Source of the DNA: Candidatus Sulfomarinibacteraceae bacterium
Lineage (GTDB): Bacteria > Acidobacteriota > Thermoanaerobaculia > Thermoanaerobaculales > Sulfomarinibacteraceae
Assembly: GCA_963796455.1 (NCBI GenBank)
Contig: CAWCLO010000004.1
Location: 288,001-352,000, forward strand
Length of the DNA: 64,000 nucleotides
Direction of reading: 5' to 3'
Below, piece after piece: positions 41,147-51,120 of the stretch (position 1 is its first letter; each line of letters starts with the position of its first letter). The position numbers and the translations under genes are program-made. Below the pieces are notes generated by a model, which saw only the letters and a list, made by a program, of their open reading frames with translations, did no database searches and was not told the DNA's origin.

Positions 41147-41600
41147 TCACTCGAGTCCAAGGCGGTGCCTCGGACAGCGTTCAGGGACAGCGACAGGGAA
41201 CGGCAAACAGCAAAAAAAACCGTAGCATCCAGCGATCAGCGGCAGCAAACAGTCGCCAGCGGCAGTGTTCAGTCATCAGCGTCAGCGATCAGCGGCCGGG
41301 ACAGTGAACGGCACTCATTTCTTCGGGACTCCGCCCTTGGGGGTGCGGCCGTCTCGGCCGCACGGTGGGCAGGCGAGACGCCGACACCACAACGGCTGTT
41401 CCTTTTATTGAACGACCCGGAGGTGATCACGCCGTCGCTGCTCCTGATTGCTGCCCCTGATCTCTGCCTCTGATCGCTGATCCTTGTCGCTGCCCCTGGA
41501 AACTGTCGCTGCCGCTGCAATTCGGGCACGGAAGCGGACGCGGACGCGGGCGCGGAGCAACCGCGATTCGGATATGCCAACAACCAACCGCCAATCCAAG
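41147..41600 (-). mobile_element. Four-helix-bundle element with the gene replaced by a REP-like doublet (copy C)
   Basis: Terminus TCACTCGAGTCCAAG..CTCGGACAGC; gene stop remnant CCG AAG AAA TGA GTGCCGTT (minus strand); outer-stem arm TGAACGACCCGGAGGTG; left end GCTGCCGCTGCAATTCGGG. Confidence 0.78.
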
Positions 41601-41670
41601 TGTTGTCGAGAGAGCAACTTTATCGACGAATTGGGGTTGACAGCAATGACAGCTGAGGCCACCTATATAT

Positions 41671-41702
41671 AAAAAAAACCGCCCCGGAGTGGGGCGGTTT
41701 TT
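41671..41702. terminator. Bidirectional intrinsic terminator
   Basis: A8-CCGCCCC-GGAGT-GGGGCGG-T5. Confidence 0.85.
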
Positions 41703-41719
41703 GTGCTCAAATGTATTTG

Positions 41720-42490
41720 TCAGGGTGTTTCGTGGACCACATCCCACAGATAGTCCTGATGTGACCCGCAGATTTCGTTGAACTCTTTGCCGACCGCCTC
41801 GTGCTTTTTCCCGAACTCTTCGAAGATGGCGGCGCGTGCCGCCATGAGTTGTTTCATGTCGGGCGCTGTCATGGTGGCGACGCGTCGCCATTTGCCGCCC
41901 ACATTGTGTTTCAGCCAGCCCCAGGACGAGAGGGATCCGTCTTTGACAAAACTGTTGTAAATGGGAGCCATGATTTCTTCGACGATCTCGTCGGCTCGGT
42001 CTTCTTCGCTCATTTTGCAATGCATATAAACCGAGAGCGCGGCCTCGCCCCGCTCCTGGGCGATGAGCCCGGCTCCTCGCGAGGTGGGGCCAACCTGCCA
42101 AATATAATCGTCGTGGGGACCACAGATCTCGCCGAATTCTCGTCCCGCGTTGGGATTCTCCTCGGCCACCGCAGATCTGACCGCTCCCGCGGAATCGAGC
42201 AGGGCATCCATGCCCTCAGCGGAGTAATAGAGCACGCGGCGCCATTTGCCGCCGGTATGATGGGCCAGCCAGCCCCAGGACTTGATGGTGCCGTCTTCTA
42301 CCGCGGCATCGTAAATAGGCACGTAGACAGATTCGACGATCTCATCGACCCGCCACTGTCGGCTTGTGTCGCACTCGAAATAGGTGGCGTAGACGAACGT
42401 GGTCGGGGTGTCTTCCTGTGCGCCGGCGGGCGGCGCCACACAGACAATAAAGAGAGCAATCGCAACAAAAGTCAGACTCAAACGACGCAT
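41720..42490 (-). CDS. Secreted protein with an internally duplicated domain
   Basis: Signal peptide; two repeats of Y..C....E.DEIVE...PIY...V.DG...SWGWL.H..GGKWRRV...EF.EICG.H.DY.W. Confidence 0.8.
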   Translation of the reverse strand: MRRLSLTFVAIALFIVCVAPPAGAQEDTPTTFVYATYFECDTSRQWRVDEIVESVYVPIYDAAVEDGTIKSWGWLAHHTGGKWRRVLYYSAEGMDALLDSAGAVRSAVAEENPNAGREFGEICGPHDDYIWQVGPTSRGAGLIAQERGEAALSVYMHCKMSEEDRADEIVEEIMAPIYNSFVKDGSLSSWGWLKHNVGGKWRRVATMTAPDMKQLMAARAAIFEEFGKKHEAVGKEFNEICGSHQDYLWDVVHETP

Positions 42491-42797
42491 GCACAACCTC
42501 CAGGAAGTTGGGCGACCGTTTGATGGTGCCCAACCGGCGGGCAGCGTCAACGTTCGCTGGTCAATATTTGCTCCGGGGACGACCACGAGGTGCCGGTGTC
42601 GCCCGTGCGGCACGCTTCGATACGGTTTTTTTGATCCACGAGTGTGAATCGAGGCTAGTGGGGTTGGTGATGTTTGTCAAGAGACTCAATCTCGTAAAGA
42701 GGTGACGCCAGGCGCGGGAAACCGTCGTCGAAGCTTCTCGATTCAGCTATTGCAGCTGGAGTTGACGTGCGTCAGCTCTGGGTGTATCACCGTGAGT

Positions 42798-44846
42798 ATG
42801 AGTCTGGGGCGTCTCTTCGCAGTTGTCGTTTGTGCGTGCTTGATGGCAGTGACCGCGTTTGCGGCGGATGATCGTCCAGAAATCGCCATCGCGATTCTCG
42901 AAACGACACCGGTCGTCGATGGTGAAATCGGCGATTCGGAATGGTCGCAGGCGACAGTCTCGGATGGACCGTTCATCCAGATCGAGCCGGAGGTCGGTCA
43001 ACCGTCGCCTTTTCGAACCCTTGTCCGGGTCGGGCAGAACGGGACCTCCCTCTTTGTGGCTGTGGAAATGTCCGATCCTGATCCGGACCGCATCGCGGCG
43101 GCCATCACGTCGAGGGACGGAAACCTCGACCAGGACGACGCGGTGGCCATCGCGGTCGATACCTTTCTCGACCGCCGCACGGCATACGGTTTTGCCACCA
43201 ATCTGCTGGGCACACAGCTCGACCTGCGGATCGCCGACAACGGGCGGACGGTGGACGACGAGTGGGATGCTGCCTGGCGTAGTGCGGCTCGGCGCACGGA
43301 CGATGGTTGGACCGCAGAATTCGAGATTCCATTGGACATTCTTCGTTTTCGAAGCGGTTCGGATCAATCCTGGGGATTCACCGTGATCCGTACGGTTCCC
43401 AGGCGTCTGGAAACCTCGACATGGTCCGGGCCCACCGAAGACCTCTGGCGGGTCTCGAGCTTTGGTAGCGTCACCGGTCTCGCGTTGCCGCGGGGGCAGG
43501 GAAAACGCTGGATGGCGATTCCTTACGGCCTGGCAGTGGTGGAAAAGGACGGGACCACCGATTTCGAGGTCGGCGGAGACTTCCGTTGGCGGCCGTCAAA
43601 CTCGCTCGGTGTCGATCTCACCGTCAACCCGGATTTCGCCCTGATCGAGGCGGATGTCGAGGAGATCAACCTGACCCGATTCGAACTCTTCATCCCGGAA
43701 AAACGGCCCTTTTTCCTCGAGGGCAACGAGATGTACAACCAGCGGATCAAACAGTTCTACAGTCGCCGGATCGGAGACATCCCGTGGGGCGCCAAATCCA
43801 CGGGCACATTCGGCAAGACCGATTTCTCGGTAATTGCCACGTCCGAGGACATCGAAGCGGAGGAAAGTGCGGACAGCTCGGCGGACTATGGAGTCGCGCG
43901 TTTTCAACACAGTCTACCCGGAGGGTCGACCCTTGGTCTTCTGGGCGCCAACCGGCGGCTCGATGGTGTCGATCAGGGCTCCATCGGTCTCGACACCACT
44001 CTCTTTTTCACCGAGACCCTGGGGATGACCGCCCAGTTGCTGACCGTCCACGGTCCGGCAGCCGATGGCGGATTGGCATGGTTCATACGACCCGCCTACG
44101 ACAGCACCACCACCCACTTTCACATACGATATACAAACCTCGACCAGAATATCCGCGACGATTTCAATGCTGTTGGTTTTCTCCGTGATGACGATCGCCG
44201 CGAGCTCGACACCAATTTCACCCATACCTTCTGGCTGGATCACGGTGCGGTCGAAAAGGTGAAAGCAGAAGTCAACTACAACCGATATACGAGTCAGGAA
44301 AACGTGCTTCGGAGCTGGGATCTCGATGCGGAAGTCAAGATCGTATTTCGCAACGGGTGGGAGGCAGACATCGAACACGTCGATGAGTTCCAGCTCTTCG
44401 AAAAAGAATTCCGAAACAATCTCACGGAGTTCAAGGTGGGTTGGGACGGGCGCGATGGACGATCTGTTTTTGCTTCCTACGGCACCGGTGTCAATTTTGA
44501 CAGCGACCTCACCCTTTACGGCGCCGAGGTCGAGTGGGCTCTTGGTGAAGCCTTCCGCCTCGGTTACTCACTGACGCGCCTCGTCCTCGACCCCGACCCG
44601 GAAAACGAAACAACCTGGATCCACGTCCTCGAGACCAACTACAACTTCAACCCCGATCTTTACATCAAGCTCTTTTTCCAGACCAACTCGGCCATCGACA
44701 AGGTGAACATCCAGGCGGTGTGGGTGTGGCGGTTCATTCCGCCTTTTGGTTCGCTGCAGGTTGCCTACCAGCGGGGAACCTCGGAGCTTGGCGAAGTCTC
44801 CGACCAGGGCGACACCCTTTTTACCAAGCTGTCGTGGGTTTTCTGA
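42798..44846 (+). CDS. CBM9-like / DUF5916 outer-membrane protein
   Basis: PVVDG, WTAEFEIP, TVNPDF..EAD, EKRPFFLEG and YSRRIG; terminal Phe. Confidence 0.88.
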   Translation: MSLGRLFAVVVCACLMAVTAFAADDRPEIAIAILETTPVVDGEIGDSEWSQATVSDGPFIQIEPEVGQPSPFRTLVRVGQNGTSLFVAVEMSDPDPDRIAAAITSRDGNLDQDDAVAIAVDTFLDRRTAYGFATNLLGTQLDLRIADNGRTVDDEWDAAWRSAARRTDDGWTAEFEIPLDILRFRSGSDQSWGFTVIRTVPRRLETSTWSGPTEDLWRVSSFGSVTGLALPRGQGKRWMAIPYGLAVVEKDGTTDFEVGGDFRWRPSNSLGVDLTVNPDFALIEADVEEINLTRFELFIPEKRPFFLEGNEMYNQRIKQFYSRRIGDIPWGAKSTGTFGKTDFSVIATSEDIEAEESADSSADYGVARFQHSLPGGSTLGLLGANRRLDGVDQGSIGLDTTLFFTETLGMTAQLLTVHGPAADGGLAWFIRPAYDSTTTHFHIRYTNLDQNIRDDFNAVGFLRDDDRRELDTNFTHTFWLDHGAVEKVKAEVNYNRYTSQENVLRSWDLDAEVKIVFRNGWEADIEHVDEFQLFEKEFRNNLTEFKVGWDGRDGRSVFASYGTGVNFDSDLTLYGAEVEWALGEAFRLGYSLTRLVLDPDPENETTWIHVLETNYNFNPDLYIKLFFQTNSAIDKVNIQAVWVWRFIPPFGSLQVAYQRGTSELGEVSDQGDTLFTKLSWVF

Positions 44847-44848
44847 CT

Positions 44849-46285
44849 TCAGGGCACCGTGTTCGACCAGGCGCTGGAGTCACCCGATCCAAAGCCGTCC
44901 GCAAAGACCATCCGGTTTTCGATGACGAGGGATACCGCGCGGATGCGGGTGTCGGAATCACTGCCGAGTTCGACCGCCACCTGATAGGTGGCACTCGTGT
45001 TGTCGATGACCTCGGGCGTTACCAGATCGATCCCCGGCTGGGCGGACCCGGGCGTACCGCTGGTGCTGACGGCGGCAACTTCGGAGCATGACGTTGCACC
45101 AACCGGGCAGCGCGAAAAAGAAACCCGAACATCCACGGCATCGTTGTCCCATGAAGAGAACTCGAGCCGCGAGACCGTCGTACCCGAAGCAAGTTCGACC
45201 GGGGCGATGAGAACACAGGCGAGGCCCTGGCAGTAACGATCGCCGCCGAAGGCCTCGACCGCGTCGATGTCGTTGGCGGATCGACCTTCAAATGCGAATG
45301 GATTGATCGCCAGGCGGTCAAAGCGGGGGAAAACCGAGGGGGACTCGAACTCGATTCGTGCCCCAATCAGCCGCGTCGAGTTGGTCTGGCCGAGGGTGAC
45401 CTCGGTGATGTAGGTCGCCGTCGTGTTGTTGACCGTCTCCGGAGAATTCAGATCCACGCCGATCTGGGAAGTGCCTGGAGTTCCGCTCGTGGCGAGAGAC
45501 GCGAGCGGGGCGCACGCCCCGGTGGCGATCTGGCAGCGAGAGAGACTCAACCCGACATCTGCCGAGCCCGTATCAACCGAGTCGAGTTCGATCCGGGTGA
45601 GCCGCGAACCGGAGGGGAGCTCGACTGGAGCGCTCAGTGTGCAGGTCTCGCCGCTACAGTAGCGTTGGATGCTGACGGCTGCGAGTGATGACCTGCCGGT
45701 GGCGGAACGCGCCTCGTGCGCAAAAGGGTTGAGCGCCAGGGTGTCGGTCGTGGGGCGGGATTCCGGCGCTCTGAAAAACACCCTGGCGCCGACGAGACGG
45801 GTCTGCGAGTCGTCGCCCGGAGCCACCTCGAAGAGATAGGTGTAGTCGTCGTTGTTGACCGTTTCCGGTGTCCCGAGATCAATGCCGATCTGGGTGGCGC
45901 CTGCGGCACCGCTGGTCGTAATCTCGGCGAGTGGCTCGTCACACCCCTGGGTCCCCACGGGGCAGCGATAAAAGTTTGCTTTGACGTCGTTGACGGTGCT
46001 GTCATCGACTACATCGAGCTCGATTCGGGTCACGATCGAGCCCGACGGTAGCTCGACCGGCGCTTCCAATCCGCACAGGGCCAACCCGTCGCAGTATCGC
46101 TGTACCCCCGAGACCATGAGGGCGTTCATGTCGATCGATTCGAGGCCCTCAAAGGCAAAGGGATGGATTGCCAGGACGCCGTCCACCGCAGCCAGGTTAT
46201 TGAAGTGTTTGGTGGGTCGCGGTTGCTCGGCCGATGCGGTCCCCAGCATCACCAAAGAGGCCAGTGCGAAGAATTGGAAGGCCAT
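44849..46285 (-). CDS. Secreted protein with three ~140-aa Cys-containing repeats and a C-terminal FADGFxSG..SAWS tag
   Basis: Three repeats of LA.(H/N)PFA.E...RYC....C.L.APVEL.SG...R.E....RC....C...TSG..G...G.DL..PE...N...TY...TR. Start uncertain (46285 or GTG 46336). Confidence 0.8.
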   Translation of the reverse strand: MAFQFFALASLVMLGTASAEQPRPTKHFNNLAAVDGVLAIHPFAFEGLESIDMNALMVSGVQRYCDGLALCGLEAPVELPSGSIVTRIELDVVDDSTVNDVKANFYRCPVGTQGCDEPLAEITTSGAAGATQIGIDLGTPETVNNDDYTYLFEVAPGDDSQTRLVGARVFFRAPESRPTTDTLALNPFAHEARSATGRSSLAAVSIQRYCSGETCTLSAPVELPSGSRLTRIELDSVDTGSADVGLSLSRCQIATGACAPLASLATSGTPGTSQIGVDLNSPETVNNTTATYITEVTLGQTNSTRLIGARIEFESPSVFPRFDRLAINPFAFEGRSANDIDAVEAFGGDRYCQGLACVLIAPVELASGTTVSRLEFSSWDNDAVDVRVSFSRCPVGATSCSEVAAVSTSGTPGSAQPGIDLVTPEVIDNTSATYQVAVELGSDSDTRIRAVSLVIENRMVFADGFGSGDSSAWSNTVP

Positions 46286-46463
46286 CAACCGGGCGGGCCG
46301 ACACCTTGGTACTCCGGGACGTGGATTGATGTGCACGGCACAAGAGTAGCGCGACTCTTGTTTTCCGGCGTGACGCGGATCATCCGAGGACCAAAGAAGG
46401 GAATGCCGTCGGCGGTGAATTGTTGCTCTGAGTGTCAAATACCAACCTACGAGGAGTCGACCC

Positions 46464-47240
46464 ATGAAGAGAGCCTCGATCTTGTCTGTCGCGATTGTTT
46501 TTTCAGCGTGTTGTGGGCTCGCCGGCCTGGCGATGGCCGGGGATGAAGCTTCGGCGGAGCGTCTGGCGGGGACCGTGCTGATTACGGGCGCGAACCGTGG
46601 TCTCGGGCTGGAGTTTGCCCGCCAGTTCAAGGATCAAGGTTGGAAGGTCATCGCCACCGCGCGAAACCCAGATAAGGCCGTTGATCTGAAGGCGCTCGAC
46701 GTGGAGGTGTTGCGACTCGACGTGACGGACACGAAGGGGATCGAAGATCTGGCGCAAAAGCTCGAGGGCCGAGCCATCGATCTGTTGATCAACAACGCCG
46801 GGATTTTTCCACGGGTGGACACCCTGGCGGAGACCGATTTCGACGATGTGGCCCGGACCCTGGCCGTCAATGTCATCGGTCCGATGAAGGTGACGAGGGC
46901 GCTCCTGCCGAATCTCCGTCTGAGTGAGGCCAAACAGATCGTCAGTATCACCAGCGGTCTCGGTAGCATCGCCCTCAACACGGGCGGCCGCTTTTACGGC
47001 TACCGGGAGAGCAAGGCGGCGCTCAATATGTTCACCCGTTCCCTGGCGGCTGAGTTGGCCGACGAGGGGTTTACCTGCATCGTCATGAGCCCCGGGTGGG
47101 TACAAACCGATATGGGTGGGCCGAATGCCAACCTGACGCCCGAGCAGTCCATAACCGGGATGCGCAAGGTCATCGGCAGCCTGACGGCGGAAGACAACGG
47201 AAGCTATTGGAATTACAACGGCGAAAAGCTGCCCTGGTGA
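46464..47240 (+). CDS. Short-chain dehydrogenase/reductase (CsgA/C-factor-like) with a signal peptide
   Basis: TGANRGLG, INNAG, YRESK and PGWVQTDMGG. Confidence 0.92.
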   Translation: MKRASILSVAIVFSACCGLAGLAMAGDEASAERLAGTVLITGANRGLGLEFARQFKDQGWKVIATARNPDKAVDLKALDVEVLRLDVTDTKGIEDLAQKLEGRAIDLLINNAGIFPRVDTLAETDFDDVARTLAVNVIGPMKVTRALLPNLRLSEAKQIVSITSGLGSIALNTGGRFYGYRESKAALNMFTRSLAAELADEGFTCIVMSPGWVQTDMGGPNANLTPEQSITGMRKVIGSLTAEDNGSYWNYNGEKLPW

Positions 47241-47352
47241 GTCGCGGGATACTCGATGCTGGATTCTGGATGCTGGATCGTGCCGCGTTTCGGAGAAACC
47301 GCAGATAACGCAGATGAACGCAGATCAGGCATCCAGTATCTAGCATCAAGCA

Positions 47353-48097
47353 TCACTCTTATCCAAAACAGTGTCTGGGACAGGGTCAGGGACAGCGACG
47401 GGGAACGGCAGACAGCGAACAGGAGCCAGCGGCAGCATTCAGTCATCAGCGACAGCGCCGGCAACTGCACTTACATTTTCGGGTTCAACAGACGCCAGGT
47501 CATGGCACGGACCTGATCGAAGGCCTTCATCGCATCATTTGCTCCGTTCGGGCTGATCGCCCCGGCGTGGGCGAGGAGCTGCAAGTGGCTGTCGACCTCT
47601 TTCGCCGAGGCGTAGGCGATTCTCCAGTGGTTGGATCGGTCTCTTCCGACTCGGCCGTGCCCTTCTGCCAGATTCGCAGGGACTGAACTCGCTGACCGGA
47701 CGACCTGATCGGCTATGGATTTCAGCGGAGCGGGAACTCTCATCACGAGTTTGATCGCGATTCCTGCTGCTTCGAGGGCTTTCGAGTGGACAACGAGGTT
47801 GGTGTTCGTGGCGGCGTTGGACATGGTCACCTCCGGGTCGTTCATGCGCATATCCACAAGCCGGTGTGGCGGCCGATGTCAAGGATGCCCTGCACCCTGC
47901 CTGTCCTTGACATCGGCCGCCCACCGGCTACCCCTTCTGTTGAACGACCCGGAGGTGGCCATTTCGTCGCATGAAATCCAGACTGCTGCCGCTGCTCTCC
48001 GTCGCTGAACACTGACCGCTGTCCCTGTTCGCTGTAGCCTGTCGCTGACGCTGGACCCTGTCGCTGCCGCTGCAATTCGGGATTGGGAACGGGATCG
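47353..48097 (-). mobile_element. Complete four-helix-bundle element (copy B)
   Basis: Both conserved ends, complementary arms, leader hairpin and an intact gene; homologous to 57851-58581. Confidence 0.8.
47471..47824 (-). CDS. Four helix bundle protein (23S rRNA IVP / Avd-like family)
   Basis: DQVVRSASSVPANLAEGHGR...IAYASAKEV..HL; GGAGG RBS upstream of ATG. Confidence 0.9.
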   Translation of the reverse strand: MSNAATNTNLVVHSKALEAAGIAIKLVMRVPAPLKSIADQVVRSASSVPANLAEGHGRVGRDRSNHWRIAYASAKEVDSHLQLLAHAGAISPNGANDAMKAFDQVRAMTWRLLNPKM

Positions 48098-48165
48098 AAA
48101 AAGATGGAGACGTTTCTCGTCGTTCATCTGCGCGATCTGCGGTTTCTCAGGCGCAGGATTGTCGG

Positions 48166-49605
48166 CTAGTCAGAGATCCCCACGAAGCGTAGAAGGTGTT
48201 TCCGGAACTGTGCCGCGAGACCGGCCGGTGAGATGAGGGCTCCGGTCTCGTCGCGCAGTGCTTCGCCTTCAAGACGGCGCACCGCCATCTTTTCAGCCAG
48301 CTGATCGGCGAGTTCGGTGTGGTGTTCGAGGAGATCGTGGAGGCCGGAATCGTCGACTTCGATCACTTCGAGGAATTGGTCGGAGGCCCTGACGGTGGCT
48401 GTTCTCAGACTTCCGGTCAGGAAGGCCATCTCGCCAAAGAGATCACCTTTGGTGAGGGTGGCGAGGTCTCGCCCCTCCTGCTCGACAGCGGCCGATCCGG
48501 CGGCCACCAGGTAGAGGGCGGTGGATTCTTCTCCGGTCTGCACCACCGCTTCCCCTGGCGCATAACGATGCAGGCTCGAGGCCTCCGCCAGAGCGACGAG
48601 GGCCTCCTCGGGGATTTCTGCAAACAGTTCACAGGCCGCCAGGGCTTCTCGCCGTCGGTCCTGGGAGTCTGAGCTTTCGACCCGACGCGGTCGGTGCAAC
48701 GTGCGCTGGGGGAATGGAATCTCCATGCCGGTCCTGGCCAGTGCCGCGTGCGCACGAGTGAGAAAGGCATCGGTCAGATCTTCGCGCCGCCACGGCGTTC
48801 GCGTCCACAACCGGCACTCGTAGACCACCGCACTGTCGGCAAATTCGACGGTGAGGATTCTCGGTGCGGGAGTCGCCAGCACACCGGGAATATCGATCGC
48901 GACCTGGCGGAACACCTCTTTGGCGGCATCCGGCGGCACACCGTAGGCGACACCCAGGCGGACGGCAACGGCTGCCGGGCGTTCACCTGAGCCGAGGATG
49001 GTGACCCGAGCAGAGCCCACATCCGAATTCGGAACCAGCATGCGTTCGCCGAGGCGGGTTCGCATGAGAAGTGACCGCCATCCGGTCTGTTCGATAATGC
49101 CGACCCGGCCGTCGAATTCGACCCAGGTACCGATGGAAAGACGTTGTTCCCACGCCAGGGCGAGGCCGGCGAGCAGGTTGCCGAGAGTCTGTTGCAGAGC
49201 CAACCCGACGACCACCGTAATGACCGCCGAGGTGGCAATCAGACCTGTGATTTCAACACCTAGATTTCGCAACAGAAAAAGGCCCAGCAGGAGATAGACA
49301 GCGAGGGCTACGACTTCGCGTACCAGGCGCGGTGGGGTCACTCCCATTCGACGGATGAGAACCCAGTCGAAGATGATCATCAGACTGCCCCGCGCAACCA
49401 GAAAACCGAGCGACAGCACCAACGCCACCTCGGTCCAACGGATCAGAACTTGGTCGGCGGCGAACTGCGAGGCCAGGAGATGGGCCAGGGCTGCCGCGGC
49501 CGTCAGAAACAAAGGCAAGGTCAAAGCACGGAGCCGTTTGAGCGGTTCGGCGCGCAGCACGATGGCCACGACAACGGTGACGACGATCAGGATGGCATCC
49601 AACAT
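48166..49605 (-). CDS. MscS mechanosensitive channel with a C-terminal cNMP-binding domain
   Basis: GLALQQTLGNLLAG, GMEIPFPQR and FGEMAFLTG..RTATVRA. Confidence 0.92.
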   Translation of the reverse strand: MLDAILIVVTVVVAIVLRAEPLKRLRALTLPLFLTAAAALAHLLASQFAADQVLIRWTEVALVLSLGFLVARGSLMIIFDWVLIRRMGVTPPRLVREVVALAVYLLLGLFLLRNLGVEITGLIATSAVITVVVGLALQQTLGNLLAGLALAWEQRLSIGTWVEFDGRVGIIEQTGWRSLLMRTRLGERMLVPNSDVGSARVTILGSGERPAAVAVRLGVAYGVPPDAAKEVFRQVAIDIPGVLATPAPRILTVEFADSAVVYECRLWTRTPWRREDLTDAFLTRAHAALARTGMEIPFPQRTLHRPRRVESSDSQDRRREALAACELFAEIPEEALVALAEASSLHRYAPGEAVVQTGEESTALYLVAAGSAAVEQEGRDLATLTKGDLFGEMAFLTGSLRTATVRASDQFLEVIEVDDSGLHDLLEHHTELADQLAEKMAVRRLEGEALRDETGALISPAGLAAQFRKHLLRFVGISD

Positions 49606-49713
49606 GGGGCCATAGTACCCAAACACCGATGCGGAATCACTCGTTTGGCCTTATCGCTTTCGGCCGGAAATGAGTTTGACGGCCTCGCCATTCACATTTC
49701 AGGAGGCCGGGAG

Positions 49714-49851
49714 ATGGGCATATTCAAGGTGCGGTCGGATTCGGACGAGAACCGCCTTGACACCAGCTTTGGTGGGATTTTCGAGGAGCACGAGTCGGTG
49801 AGCTACGCGGGATCGATCGCCGAAGCGGACGCGATCCTCGACAACCGGTGA
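49714..49851 (+). CDS. Small 45-aa ORF, possibly an internally deleted gene
   Basis: AGGAGG RBS; MGIFKVRSDSDENRL...GSIAEADAILDNR. Confidence 0.35.
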   Translation: MGIFKVRSDSDENRLDTSFGGIFEEHESVSYAGSIAEADAILDNR

Positions 49852-49857
49852 GCCCGC

Positions 49858-50526
49858 CTATTTTCTGTAGTTCGAGTTCTCGGTGTCGATTCGCAGCTCG
49901 AGACCCTTCCACGTGGTCACGGTGGATGACCGGGCGACATAGTTCGGGCCGTAGTCCATGCTGCCAAAAGTGACGTCGAGGGTGAGGGGCTGGCCTTCGT
50001 TGCTGGTGGCGACCGACATGCTCAGGGGCCGCTGGCTGGAGCGGACCAGGGTGACCTGGACGGTGTCACCCGCGTTGACCACATCCTTCGCGTTGAGAAG
50101 GATCTCTTCATCTTTTGCGGTTGCGGTCGCCGACGATACGGCCTTCTCCGCAAACAGCGGTCCCAGGTAGACATCGAGTTGCTCCCTGGCTTTTCTGATG
50201 AACTCGATCGCAGCTTCACGGTCTTTTTTTGAAAGCTTCTTTCCGTCGGGAAACCGCACCTTCTCCTTTGTGACTGTGCTCCCGGTCTGGAGTTTTTCGA
50301 GAAAGCCGTTGACGTTGTATCGTGACGAATAGGTGTCGGTCTGTTTCGGGACCCCGTCAACCGAATAGACGATCTTCGAATCCCATGCGTAGAGTCGAAT
50401 CTCTTCCTGGTTCTTTTTCATCTGGGCTGACATAGCTCGAAGATCGAAACCGTCCTGTGCGGGGACGTCGGTAGCAGAGATCATCAGCCCAATCGCGAAC
50501 GCGAACAACATTTTCAATCGATTCAC
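49858..50526 (-). CDS. Secreted hypothetical protein
   Basis: GTG start, signal peptide and beta-rich composition. Confidence 0.7.
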   Translation of the reverse strand: MNRLKMLFAFAIGLMISATDVPAQDGFDLRAMSAQMKKNQEEIRLYAWDSKIVYSVDGVPKQTDTYSSRYNVNGFLEKLQTGSTVTKEKVRFPDGKKLSKKDREAAIEFIRKAREQLDVYLGPLFAEKAVSSATATAKDEEILLNAKDVVNAGDTVQVTLVRSSQRPLSMSVATSNEGQPLTLDVTFGSMDYGPNYVARSSTVTTWKGLELRIDTENSNYRK

Positions 50527-50665
50527 CTTCTCACTCCCTTCGCATCCAAGGCCCCTAAGCAGGTGTTGCAGGTTACCATGGGGGGCCGGGGATTCCGGAT
50601 GTTCGGGTTCCCGCTGTACAGAACATACCGTCACGTGAATTTGCTGACTCAACAGCACCAGAATA

Positions 50666-51048
50666 GCGGTTGAGGGTTTTTGGCATATCCGGTTCGCGGT
50701 TGTCCGTGCCCGTGCCCGTGCCCGCGTCCGCGTCCGAATTGCAGCGGCAGCGACAGTGTCCAGCGTCAGCGACAGGCAACAGCGAACAGGGACAGCGGCA
50801 GTGACCAGCGACAGGGAACAGCGGTCGGCGATCAGTAGTCAGCGATCGGCGGCAGCGATCAGGTGCAGCGACGGCGTGGCTCTTCCTCCGACGAGCCTCC
50901 CAAGATTAAGGTGTCACCCATGTCCCTAGAACAAAGTGTTACCCATGTCTCCGGGTCGTACCCTTCTGTTAGCTGACCTTGTCCGCTGTCGCCGTTCCCC
51001 GTCCCCGTCCCCGGTCGCTGTCTGAGACCCTGTCCTGGACGAGAGTGA
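50666..51048 (+). mobile_element. Internally deleted four-helix-bundle element containing an IS481-like end (copy D)
   Basis: Left end GGTTTTTGGCATATCCGGTTCGCGGTTG..CCGAATTGCAGCGGCAGCGACAG; right end CTGTCTGAGACCCTGTCCTGGACGAGAGTGA. Confidence 0.75.
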
Positions 51049-51120
51049 TGTTCCATCGAAGACTGCGGTTCCGATCGACGCGAGAGGCGGGGTAGAATGC
51101 GTGTCCGACTGGAGGACGAC

